Under the pieces are notes generated by a model that did not search any database, was not told the origin of the DNA, and was given only the letters and a program-made list of their open reading frames with translations. The position numbers and the translations under genes are program-made. Shown in pieces: positions 18,375 to 27,256 of a stretch of 49,212 nt of DNA (position 1 is the stretch's first letter; each line of letters begins with the position of its first letter). This DNA is from Syntrophobacterales bacterium (GTDB lineage Bacteria > Desulfobacterota > Syntrophia > Syntrophales > CAMTWB01): positions 1 to 49,212 of the forward strand of contig JBBIJM010000007.1 in the NCBI GenBank assembly GCA_037445955.1, given 5' to 3'.

Positions 18375-19210
18375 TTACCGAACCGCAAAAGGTCTATATC
18401 AACGAACATGCCTACCTGCCGGAGCATCTTGTCCAGTATGTTTTGGCAATCTCCGGAGGGGAACCTTTTCTCCATAAAGATTTTCTCTTTTATCGCACCG
18501 CAGAGCGGATAATTTTCGTAGGTTACAGCCTTGAAGGAGAAACGGAGGAAGAGTCGCTCCAAGCCGCCTTAGCCGGTGTTTCCGACCGGTTTTCTCCAGT
18601 TGAGATAGCCCTTCTGGCCCCGGTGGTTCCGGCGAAATTCACCGGGGAGCCGGAATCCTTCGACGATTATTACCGGCTTAGCCTTGAGGCGCCGGTAATC
18701 TCGTCTAAAACCAGAAACATGTTAAGACGAGCCCAGGAGGCTCTATCGGTCAGGAGAATACGGGCCTGGACGGAAGAACATGAGGCCCTGATAGATGACT
18801 TCCTCTCCCGGCGCCCGGTGACGGAAGAGGTAAGGTGGATATACAAGAGAATAGGCCTCTATGTCTCTTCCTCCCCGGATGCCCTGGTTTTGGAGGCGAG
18901 AACTTCCCGGGGGGATCTTGCGGCCTTCGATATAGCGGATTTCTCCGCCCGCCACTTTGTCATGTACATGTTCAACTTTGTCTCCCGCAGCCATTACCTT
19001 CCCGGGGCTTCGGACCTATTGCTCGCCGGGATAATCGAAGAGGCAAGAAGGCAGGGGAAGGGTCAGATCAACCTTGGCCTGGGCATAAATCCCGGGGTGG
19101 TCTTTTTCAAGAAGAAATGGGGCGGGACCCCTTTCAAGAGGTATATCTTCTCCCGTCACCGGCCCGCCTCAAATCCTAAATGGCTCGGTTTTTTTAATTT
19201 TCTGAAATAG
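18371..19210 (+). CDS. Hypothetical protein, GNAT/FemAB-like fold (paralog 2)
   Basis: AYLPEH, GEPF, ASDLL and INLGLGINPG..FKKKWGG are shared with the 16676 ORF. ATGA overlap with the upstream gene. Confidence 0.7.
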   Translation: MITEPQKVYINEHAYLPEHLVQYVLAISGGEPFLHKDFLFYRTAERIIFVGYSLEGETEEESLQAALAGVSDRFSPVEIALLAPVVPAKFTGEPESFDDYYRLSLEAPVISSKTRNMLRRAQEALSVRRIRAWTEEHEALIDDFLSRRPVTEEVRWIYKRIGLYVSSSPDALVLEARTSRGDLAAFDIADFSARHFVMYMFNFVSRSHYLPGASDLLLAGIIEEARRQGKGQINLGLGINPGVVFFKKKWGGTPFKRYIFSRHRPASNPKWLGFFNFLK

Positions 19211-19217
19211 CCTGCCC

Positions 19218-19970
19218 TCAAGACTCCCAGCCTGTCCACATCTGCTTTAAATAGGCCGTCTTTGTTCGGCCAAGGGTGGAGAGGTAGATGTGAACGATCA
19301 GGAAGGCAACAAAGATGCAGCCCAAAAGATAGTGGATGGCGGTTATGACCCTCAAACCACCAATTAGGGAAAGATATTCCCTCAAGACATCGACAAACAT
19401 CAGGGAGAGCCCGCTTAAGATCACCAGGGGCAGGGAGAAAAACATGATTATAAAATAAACGATCTTCTGGAGGGGGTTGAACTTATTTGCCGGGGTGGAG
19501 GTATGGGGGTTGGGTTTCCCCTGGAAATATTCGGAAAGGTAGAATCGGAGCTGGGGGATCAGTTTAGTCTTTATCTCGTTTGCCTCCGGAAGATAGATGG
19601 CAAAGAGGCTCCGGGATACAACATAGTAGCCAAGCCAGATAAGATATGAACCGGCAACTACCACTCCGACGGTATCGTGAAGATTTATCGCAGCCTTGAA
19701 AGAGCCGAACAACTCGATACGATCGGCAAATCTAAGCTGGATACCGGAGATGATCAAGGCTACCATACCCAGGGCATTGAGCCAGTGCCAGATTCTCACC
19801 GGAGCGGGAGTCAGGTAGAGAGGCTCGTGGGTTGCCGCCTCGGTCTTCCCCTTTCTTCTAGTTCGGCGGGTAATCATCCGGGCGGTCCCGTGGGCCAGGG
19901 GAACAGCAAAGCCCAGCGAAACCATCATGATACCGGCCGTGTTCATCAGGGTGCTTCTCGATGCCCCCAT
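19218..19970 (-). CDS. Di-heme cytochrome b (Ni_hydr_CYTB/CbcB-like); probably the C-terminal part of a frameshifted cytochrome c-b fusion
   Basis: VRIWHW, NLHD, KFNPLQK, AIHY, IVHIY and MWTGW, plus an extra N-terminal TM helix. Confidence 0.85.
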   Translation of the reverse strand: MGASRSTLMNTAGIMMVSLGFAVPLAHGTARMITRRTRRKGKTEAATHEPLYLTPAPVRIWHWLNALGMVALIISGIQLRFADRIELFGSFKAAINLHDTVGVVVAGSYLIWLGYYVVSRSLFAIYLPEANEIKTKLIPQLRFYLSEYFQGKPNPHTSTPANKFNPLQKIVYFIIMFFSLPLVILSGLSLMFVDVLREYLSLIGGLRVITAIHYLLGCIFVAFLIVHIYLSTLGRTKTAYLKQMWTGWES

Positions 19971-20854
19971 AACATAGAAATCCGGGTCCCGTAAAGCAGA
20001 TCCAGGATCGCCCCTTTTTCTACCGGCAGAACTTGTTTTAAGGTGCCTTCATCGTCGGGCATCAGCATCCGGCTTGTTTCGATGATCTTCGGCCCGGCGG
20101 CATGGCAAAAGGTGCAGTTCCGGCGGTTGTCCAGCACCTGGTAACTGTGGGTCATCCCCTCAGGCATCATGATCCCTTCAAAACGGAGGTTTTTCCCGCC
20201 GGCGGTCTTCTGAAATCTCCTTAGCTCCTGAAGGGAAACCTTTTGGTCGCCATCGAGATCCAGCCCGGAGATATCAGCCGCCGTTGCCTTAATCTCCTTG
20301 CCCCTTTTCCCCTTCAGCGGATGGAGCATTACCACGAGTTTTTCAGAGGAGGTATGACAGGCCACACAGGGAAGGGATGCCAGATGAATGGCGGTATTGG
20401 GAAGCCAGACCCGATGACCCTTGAGCATCGCTTCTGAATCATGACATTTCAGGCAGCCCGCATTGGCCTCCGGGACGGAGGAATATCTTAAGGCCTTCGT
20501 CTCGTGAGGCGAGTGACAATCTACACACTGGGCGTACTGGCTGTGTTTAGTCCCGGCATATTCCTTGACCGCATCACCGTGACACTCGCCACATTCGACC
20601 CTTTTGGATTTTTTTCCCCCCTCCGGATGCCGGGGAGAAATGGCAGGGTGACAGGCGTCGCAGCCCAGTGCGGCATGGGATGAATTATTGTACAACTTTG
20701 AATCTAAGAAGAGAGAGCCCCGTCCCCCCTGCCCTATCCCCTTTTCTCCGTGACATGCCAGGCAATTTTCTGAAGAAGCCGCACTTAACCCGGAAGGTAA
20801 AAAAACAACCAGAATTATAAATACCGTCAGGGAACCTATCCGAGCAAACCTCAT
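19946..20854 (-). CDS. Heptaheme cytochrome c (CbcA-like) with EF-hand-like loop; frameshifted near its 3' end
   Basis: Signal peptide. Seven CxxCH motifs: CLACH, CDACH, CGECH, CVDCH, CLKCH, CVACH, CTFCH. EF-hand-like DLDGDQKVSLQEL. Confidence 0.88.
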   Translation of the reverse strand: MRFARIGSLTVFIILVVFLPSGLSAASSENCLACHGEKGIGQGGRGSLFLDSKLYNNSSHAALGCDACHPAISPRHPEGGKKSKRVECGECHGDAVKEYAGTKHSQYAQCVDCHSPHETKALRYSSVPEANAGCLKCHDSEAMLKGHRVWLPNTAIHLASLPCVACHTSSEKLVVMLHPLKGKRGKEIKATAADISGLDLDGDQKVSLQELRRFQKTAGGKNLRFEGIMMPEGMTHSYQVLDNRRNCTFCHAAGPKIIETSRMLMPDDEGTLKQVLPVEKGAILDLLYGTRISMLWGHREAP

Positions 20855-20878
20855 AAACAGGCCTTTATAGAAATTATT

Positions 20879-21118
20879 TCATCCGGGGGTGACTTCAAGG
20901 GAGTCTGATTCCTTTGGTTTTGATCCCCCTTCAAGCCGTTTTAATGAGCGTTGCCTCTCTTTGTAGGCAAGATGAAGCTGGAGAAAGATCACAAGGACAC
21001 AGGCGAAAAGAAAAACCCAGGTCCAAAAGTAGCTTACCTCTTGACCGAAGCCCGCGGCCTGGGGTTTGCCCGTTGTGGACAGAAAGATCAAGATAAACAG
21101 AATCAACCTGGATGCCAT
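20879..21118 (-). CDS. Small membrane protein (signal-like helix + one TM) upstream of the cytochrome genes
   Basis: 79 aa with two hydrophobic segments. Same strand as, and 24 bp from, the cytochrome c start. Confidence 0.6.
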   Translation of the reverse strand: MASRLILFILIFLSTTGKPQAAGFGQEVSYFWTWVFLFACVLVIFLQLHLAYKERQRSLKRLEGGSKPKESDSLEVTPG

Positions 21119-21235
21119 AGTTACAAGCTATAAACCCTTCAGGCCAAAGGAGTCATCTCGAGGGGATCAGGGGTGGCATCATGAAAGCTTTTCATTCTCG
21201 TCATCTTCTCCCTGCAATCGAGGCGACAAGTATGA

Positions 21236-21308
<73 letters not shown>

Positions 21309-21329
21309 CCTTAAATGAATCAGCCCCAG

Positions 21330-21358
21330 CCTATATCCCAACGCCGGGACCTTGTCAA
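21330..21358 (-). promoter_or_regulatory. Putative sigma70 promoter of tRNA-Thr
   Basis: Minus strand TTGACA-17 bp-TATAGG. Confidence 0.5.
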
Positions 21359-21460
21359 CGGCCTCCTTGCTCTTTTCCCGATGTTTTTTTCGATCTTTAT
21401 CCTTGCACCATCTTACGGGATGGCTTAAAAGGGGAAACCTTACAGCGAAGCGAGGCTTAT

Positions 21461-22309
21461 GTGAGCATCACCGAGGCAGTGTTTCTCGGTATAATCCAGG
21501 GACTGACCGAGTTTCTTCCCATAAGCAGCACAGGTCATTTAACCCTGGCGGGGAAACTGTTTAAGCTTATCTCCGAGTCAAATCCGGAAAAATGGACCGC
21601 CTTTATCGCCGTCATCCAGCTCGGGACGCTGCTTGCGGTCCTGGTTTATTTTCGCAGAGACTTATCCGCCATAACAATAGCCTTTTTCAAGGATAATCTC
21701 TTTGCCCCCAAGGCTATCGGAAAGCAATCCCCCGATTCCCTCTGGGGATGGTACCTGATCCTTGCCACCCTGCCCATCATTGTGATCGGCCTCGGATTTA
21801 AGACGGTTATTGAAGGAACATTTACAAAAAATCTTTATGTAATAAGCGGAAGCCTGATCATATTTGCCCTGATCCTTGCCCTTGGGGAAAGATGGGGGAA
21901 ATTTAACCGTTTGTCCGGTGAGTTACGCTGGTCCGACGCCCTTTTAATCGGGATCGCCCAATCCTTTGCCTTAATCCCCGGGGCCTCCCGCTCCGGGACA
22001 ACAATCACAGCCGGTCTGCTTTTGGGTTTCAACAGGGAGACGGCGGCCAGATTTTCCTTTCTCCTTAGCATTCCGGCGATTGCCGCAAGCGGGATGCTAC
22101 AGTTCTTTCAAACCCTAGGTTATCTCGACCGAAGCCTGGCGGTAAATGTTATCCTGGCCGGTCTCCTGGCCGGGATTGTCGGCTATCTGTCCATCGAGTT
22201 CCTCCTGCGATATTTGAAAAGACAATCGACGTCGATCTTCATTATCTATAGAATCGTCCTGGGCCTTTTCATGCTGGTTCTCTTAAACCGGGGAGTAATT
22301 TCTCCCTGA
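21461..22309 (+). CDS. uppP: Undecaprenyl-diphosphate phosphatase
   Basis: LGIIQGLTEFLPISSTGH, IPGASRSGTTI and AARFSFLLSIP. GTG start at 21461; the ORF-track start lies inside the tRNA. Confidence 0.95.
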   Translation: MSITEAVFLGIIQGLTEFLPISSTGHLTLAGKLFKLISESNPEKWTAFIAVIQLGTLLAVLVYFRRDLSAITIAFFKDNLFAPKAIGKQSPDSLWGWYLILATLPIIVIGLGFKTVIEGTFTKNLYVISGSLIIFALILALGERWGKFNRLSGELRWSDALLIGIAQSFALIPGASRSGTTITAGLLLGFNRETAARFSFLLSIPAIAASGMLQFFQTLGYLDRSLAVNVILAGLLAGIVGYLSIEFLLRYLKRQSTSIFIIYRIVLGLFMLVLLNRGVISP

Positions 22310-22412
22310 ACCGATCACCTCCGAAATGACAAAATCAGCAATACCTAAAAGCTCTCGCATTAACGATACAATATTGGTATATTCCAAAAAAATTCCTCTG
22401 AGGTAGATCGCC

Positions 22413-22643
22413 TTGAGTATCAATGTTACCGTGAAGTTATTCGCCTCCCTGCGCCAGGGGAGATTTGACCTAAAGAGCCTGTCCTTCGACCGGCAGATCA
22501 CCCTGACGGAGCTGCTGCCTCTTTTGGGCATTCCCAAAGAGGAAATAGTTATCGCTTTAATCAATGGAAAAGCCGCCCCAATGGACAAACCCCTGGCCGA
22601 AGGCGACGTGGTCTCTCTCTTCCCTCTCATCGGAGGCGGATAG
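22413..22643 (+). CDS. MoaD/ThiS ubiquitin-like sulfur carrier
   Basis: VTVKLFASLR...LAEGDVVSLFPLIGGG with C-terminal diglycine. Confidence 0.92.
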   Translation: MSINVTVKLFASLRQGRFDLKSLSFDRQITLTELLPLLGIPKEEIVIALINGKAAPMDKPLAEGDVVSLFPLIGGG

Positions 22644-23483
22644 TTGATCGAGAATCATTTAAATAACCTGGAAATTTCATCGTTCCTCAAGGTAAACGCC
22701 CAAAACGGTTTTATCCCCTGGTCTGCCCAGGGGGAGGCGGCAAGGAGGTTCAACCTTACCCTGGCGGAGGTAGAGGAGATCATCCTGGGATTGTCCCTCA
22801 TGCCCCTTCGCTACCGGCGGAATACCAATACATTCAATCACCGGCAGCAACTGGCCTTCCTGAAAAGCCGGGTTTCCGTCATCGGATGCGGCGGACTCGG
22901 CGGCTACGTAATCGAAGGGCTGGCGCGGCTGGGGATCGGACAGATCACCGCCATCGATCCCGATGTCTTTGAGGAAACGAATTTGAACCGGCAGCTCAAC
23001 TCCAGTTTCTCCAACCTCGGCAAGTCTAAAGCAAAGATCGCGGCAAAAAGGGCAGGCGAGATCAATCCGGCGGTCAAGTGTGTCCCCAGGATATTGAGAT
23101 TTTCCAAGACAAACGGCCAGGAGCTGCTCCAAGGCAGCTCGGTGGCAGTTGACGCCTTGGACAACATCCCCGCGAGGCTTGAAGCGGCCTGGGTCTGCAA
23201 TCGAATGGGGATCCCCCTGGTCCATGGGGCAATCGCCGGCTGGTACGGACAGGTGACAGTCCAGTACCCGGGAGAGGACACCATCGAGCGGATATATGCC
23301 GGCGGCGAAGAGGCCGTCGGCGCCGAAAAGAATCTGGGAAATCCTGCCTTCACCCCGGCCCTGGTTGCCGGCCTGGAGGTGTCGGAGGTATGCAAAATCT
23401 TGATTCAAAAGGCAAGCCCCCTCAAGGGAATTCTCATTGTTATCGATCTGTTAGACATGGGTTTCCATAAGATAAGTATCTGA
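22644..23483 (+). CDS. ThiF/MoeB/HesA (E1-like) adenylyltransferase
   Basis: RYRRN, VIGCGGLGG, D.DVFEETNLNRQ, DALDN; adjacent to ThiS. Confidence 0.92.
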   Translation: MIENHLNNLEISSFLKVNAQNGFIPWSAQGEAARRFNLTLAEVEEIILGLSLMPLRYRRNTNTFNHRQQLAFLKSRVSVIGCGGLGGYVIEGLARLGIGQITAIDPDVFEETNLNRQLNSSFSNLGKSKAKIAAKRAGEINPAVKCVPRILRFSKTNGQELLQGSSVAVDALDNIPARLEAAWVCNRMGIPLVHGAIAGWYGQVTVQYPGEDTIERIYAGGEEAVGAEKNLGNPAFTPALVAGLEVSEVCKILIQKASPLKGILIVIDLLDMGFHKISI

Positions 23484-23527
23484 ATTACCCCCTTTGCCGG
23501 GAAAATATTTTTCACCGATTATCTTGC

Positions 23528-23556
23528 TTGAACATTTATCCTTCCTGTAGTAGTAT
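23528..23556 (+). promoter_or_regulatory. Putative sigma70 promoter of tRNA-Arg
   Basis: TTGAAC-17 bp-TAGTAT about 45 bp upstream of the tRNA. Confidence 0.6.
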
Positions 23557-23599
23557 CTCGCCGCTTCTAATCCCTCATACAATAGTACATTCGGCTTGG

Positions 23600-23676
23600 G
23601 GGCGATTAGCTCAGTAGGATAGAGCGCTGGTCTCCGGAACCAGAGGTCGTGGGTTCGAATCCCGCATCGCCCGCCA
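23600..23676 (+). tRNA. tRNA-Arg(CCG)
   Basis: GGGCGATTAGCTCAGTAGGATAGAGCGCTGGTCT-CCG-GAACCAGAGGTCGTGGGTTCGAATCCCGCATCGCCCGCCA. Confidence 0.97.
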
Positions 23677-23687
23677 TTATGGGAATT

Positions 23688-24830
23688 ATGCCCAAAGATA
23701 AAAAGGACAGCCGTCTTTTGTATCGGCTTACCATTGTCGCTCTGCTTACGGTTATTTATTCGGTTGTGGGACTTATCTATCCGTCCTATCGAACAGGAAA
23801 TGATTTCAGCCATCTGGCCTACATTCCAATCGTTCTATCCGGAATCTGGTGGAATAGAAAGGCGGTTATTGTCGCGGCTATCCTGGCCCTGATTACGACA
23901 AGCTTTCACTGGCTGAAGGTCCCTTCGTACCATCCCCTGGACCTGTTGCTGATCCCCGGATCATTCATCTTCATCGCCCTTTTCATCGGCACCTTAAACG
24001 AAAAGCTCAAGACCAAGCACAGGACCTTGATTGAAACGGAAAATAATTACCTGCTCCGTCATCGGGAGGTGGAACGGGAGAGGAAGCTCCTGTCTGAGGC
24101 CGCCAAAAGCAAGGAGGATCAGCTCGTTCACACAACCCGTCTGGCCGAAATGGGGGAGATGGCCGCCGCCATAGCCCATGAGCTTAATCAGCCTCTTACC
24201 GGTATCAAGAACTTCGCCAAGAATGCCCTTTATATCATGCAACAGACCGGCGGATGCACCGAAGACGTACGGGACAATCTGACCCACATATCCCATCAGG
24301 TAGATCGGGCGGCCAGGATAATCAATCAGATGAGGGAGCTGGCGAGAATTTCCGAAACTCACTTTATTCCCCTTCAGATCAACGATATACTCAAAGAAAG
24401 CCTGGATTTTTTGAAACCCCACCTGAAGAATTCGGGCATAGAAACCTTCTTCGGCACGGCGGACAATCTCCCTTTGGTAAAAGGCGATAAGATCCGGCTG
24501 GAACAGGTCTTCTTAAACATCTTGACCAACGCCAGACAGTCCATGGAAAATTCAGAGGAGAGACGCCTGCTGATTCAGACTCATCTTGAAGAATCTTTGC
24601 CTCCCCAGGTGGTAGTGGATATATTGGATACAGGCCGGGGGTTTCGCCAGGAAGACGCCGACAAACTATTCACACCCTTCTACACAACTAAGAATCCAGG
24701 CCAGGGAACCGGTCTGGGGCTCTCGATCTCATTATCCATCATTCATGACCATAAGGGTTCCATTGAGGCTACCGGGGCAGTTGGGGAGGGTGCGCTTTTC
24801 AAGGTTAAACTGCCGGTTTTCAACGAATAA
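23688..24830 (+). CDS. Membrane sensor histidine kinase (NtrB/DctB-like)
   Basis: About 4 TM segments, IAHELNQP H-box, NILTNA, DTGRG, PFYTTK, GTGLGL. Start is 23679 or 23688. Confidence 0.92.
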   Translation: MPKDKKDSRLLYRLTIVALLTVIYSVVGLIYPSYRTGNDFSHLAYIPIVLSGIWWNRKAVIVAAILALITTSFHWLKVPSYHPLDLLLIPGSFIFIALFIGTLNEKLKTKHRTLIETENNYLLRHREVERERKLLSEAAKSKEDQLVHTTRLAEMGEMAAAIAHELNQPLTGIKNFAKNALYIMQQTGGCTEDVRDNLTHISHQVDRAARIINQMRELARISETHFIPLQINDILKESLDFLKPHLKNSGIETFFGTADNLPLVKGDKIRLEQVFLNILTNARQSMENSEERRLLIQTHLEESLPPQVVVDILDTGRGFRQEDADKLFTPFYTTKNPGQGTGLGLSISLSIIHDHKGSIEATGAVGEGALFKVKLPVFNE

Positions 24831-24846
24831 AGGGAAGGTTCTTCCG

Positions 24847-26250
24847 ATGAGCAGGGGTAATGATAAATACCGACCGAAAATAGTTGTCATAGACGACGAC
24901 GATGCGACGAGATTATCCCTGGAACAGATGTTAAAGCTCCGCGGCTATGGCTGTGAGACGTTCATCTCCGCGGAGGCCGCTTTAGCCTGGCCCGGCCTTC
25001 CCGACGTCGATTCTATCATCGTCGATGTCAAAATGCCCGGCATGGACGGAGAAGAATTTCTCTCGGAGATTATCAGGCGGAATTATCCCCCGCCTCTTAT
25101 CATGATCACCGGTCACGGGGACGTTTCCATGGCGGTGCGCTGTCTGAAAACCGGTGCTTACGACTTCGTGGAAAAACCTTTTGAAGATGACGTCCTCCTG
25201 GCCTCCGTCGCCCGGGCCTGCGAAAAGACTTCCCTGAAAAGGGAAGGAGACGAACTGAGACGCCGTTTGAATATGTACACCGCTGCCGGCGAAGAGCGGT
25301 TCGGCATGGTGGGTCGCTGCCGGATTATGCAGGACGTCTTCGAACAGATCGAGGTTGCCGCAAAGACCGATCTGCCCGTTTTGATCATCGGTGAGACAGG
25401 AACAGGCAAGGAACTGGTCGCCCGGGCGATCCATAGCCTAAGTTCCCGCTCCAAAGGTCCCTTTATCGCCGTCAATGCCGGCGCCCTTCCGGAAAATCTT
25501 CTGGAAAGCGAACTCTTTGGTCACGCCCGGGGGGCCTTCACCGGGGCCGATAAAGCCAGAGACGGGAAACTTGTTACCGCAAGCGGGGGAACCCTGCTTC
25601 TCGACGAGGTGGAAAGCATCTCCGCCGCGGCCCAGGTAAAGCTGCTTAGGGTACTGGAAGACGGCCTGGTGTATCCGTTGGGCAAGGACGAACCGCAACG
25701 GGTAAACATCCGGCTTCTGGCCACCACCAAGATAAACCTCCAGGAGCTGGTCCGGGATGGAATTATGCGCAGGGATTTCTATCACCGGATTTTCGTTTTT
25801 TCGATCATGGTTCCCCCGCTCCGGGACCGGGCGGAAGATATTCCCCTTCTGATACCCCATTTCATCAAACTCTCCGCCGGCAGAAATAACATGCCCGTAC
25901 CGGAGGTCCCGGAGAGGATTCTCGAGACCATGTTACGGTTCCCATGGCCGGGCAATGTGAGACAACTTAAACACACCATCGAAAAGATGGTCATTACCTC
26001 GTCAAACCGGGTAATCGGTAATTTCTCCGAGGATATTGATTTTGATTCATCTCGACTGCTTTCCCTGCCCGTCACCCCCGGGAGGCTGAAGAATGAACTG
26101 GAAAAGACCGAAAAGGCGGTCATCGAGCAGGTATTGAGGGAAAACAGCGGCGAGATCAACCTAACCGCCCAGACCCTGGGCATTTCCCGGCGGGCCCTCT
26201 ACGAGCGGATGAAGAAATACAACCTCCCCAAGGAGCATTTTCGCAATTGA
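24847..26250 (+). CDS. Sigma54-dependent response regulator (NtrC/DctD family)
   Basis: REC domain (DDD, DVKMP, KP), GETGTGKE, GAFTGA, LLDE, WPGNVRQL and Fis-type HTH. Confidence 0.95.
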   Translation: MSRGNDKYRPKIVVIDDDDATRLSLEQMLKLRGYGCETFISAEAALAWPGLPDVDSIIVDVKMPGMDGEEFLSEIIRRNYPPPLIMITGHGDVSMAVRCLKTGAYDFVEKPFEDDVLLASVARACEKTSLKREGDELRRRLNMYTAAGEERFGMVGRCRIMQDVFEQIEVAAKTDLPVLIIGETGTGKELVARAIHSLSSRSKGPFIAVNAGALPENLLESELFGHARGAFTGADKARDGKLVTASGGTLLLDEVESISAAAQVKLLRVLEDGLVYPLGKDEPQRVNIRLLATTKINLQELVRDGIMRRDFYHRIFVFSIMVPPLRDRAEDIPLLIPHFIKLSAGRNNMPVPEVPERILETMLRFPWPGNVRQLKHTIEKMVITSSNRVIGNFSEDIDFDSSRLLSLPVTPGRLKNELEKTEKAVIEQVLRENSGEINLTAQTLGISRRALYERMKKYNLPKEHFRN

Positions 26251-26308
26251 AGGGAGGGACCGATTTCAGGTTTTCTCCCCCTTCTTCCATCATTAATCGG
26301 CAGAGACT

Positions 26309-27256
26309 TTATGAGACCTCCGGCTTCAACCAGAAGAGCATTTCAAGTTTTACCCCCTGATTCTTCTCTGAGGTAATAACCAGCTTATCGGTAAAGCGTT
26401 TGATATTTGCCAGCCCCATCCCCGCCCCAAAACCCAGGGATCTGATATATTCCGTGGCCGTCGAATAGCCAGGCCGCATGGCCTTTTCGATATCCTCTAT
26501 CCCCGCCCCCGAATCTTCCACAAAAACCACCACCGAATCGGAGGTGATACTCGCCGCAATCCTGCCCCATCCCCCTCCGTGGATCACCACGTTTACTTCC
26601 GCTTCATAGGTTGAGATGCTTATCTTCCTCACGATAATATCGGAAAAACCCTTTTCTTTGAGATAGTTCTTAAGCAGAGCCGATCCTTCGCCAGCCGCGG
26701 TGACATCCTGGTTGTCAATGAGATAGAGGAAATCCGGCTGGTTCTTGTCTATCTGATTCTGAATCAGGATCGAAAGGGGCGAATCCAGAACCTGGCGCCT
26801 TCTTTCATCATGGAGATAAAGGGCCGACAGCTTGGAAATTACCCCAAACAAAAGGTCAAGTTTAGTGATGATCCCGATGACCTTGTTGTTATCGTCCACG
26901 ACCGGATACCGTCCGAATCTGAAGGTGCTGATGTATTCTACAATCTTCTGTAAATCGTCGTTTTCATGGAGGCAGATGACCTTTTTCCTCCCCAGAACCT
27001 TAATCTTTTTCCTGATGTTATTCCCTTCAAGGGCCTTGATCAGGTCTTCCATAGTTACGATCCCGATAAGTTCGTTGGTATCGTCAACAATGGGAATTCC
27101 CGATATCTGCCTTCTTCTCATCACATCCTTGGCGTCGATCATAGTGTCGTTTTCTTTGAGCACGATCACCGTCGGATTCATGATGTCCTTTGCCTTAAGG
27201 TCCTCAAAAAACTCTTTATACTTCTCTATGATTGCGATTCCCAGATTTTCAGACAT
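26309..27256 (-). CDS. CBS-pair + RsbT/RsbW-like Ser/Thr kinase (HATPase_c) fusion
   Basis: Two CBS repeats (ISGIPIVD, GRYPVVD), then YEAEVNVVIH, DSGAGIEDI..AMRPGYST and GFGAGMGLANIKR. Confidence 0.88.
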   Translation of the reverse strand: MSENLGIAIIEKYKEFFEDLKAKDIMNPTVIVLKENDTMIDAKDVMRRRQISGIPIVDDTNELIGIVTMEDLIKALEGNNIRKKIKVLGRKKVICLHENDDLQKIVEYISTFRFGRYPVVDDNNKVIGIITKLDLLFGVISKLSALYLHDERRRQVLDSPLSILIQNQIDKNQPDFLYLIDNQDVTAAGEGSALLKNYLKEKGFSDIIVRKISISTYEAEVNVVIHGGGWGRIAASITSDSVVVFVEDSGAGIEDIEKAMRPGYSTATEYIRSLGFGAGMGLANIKRFTDKLVITSEKNQGVKLEMLFWLKPEVS

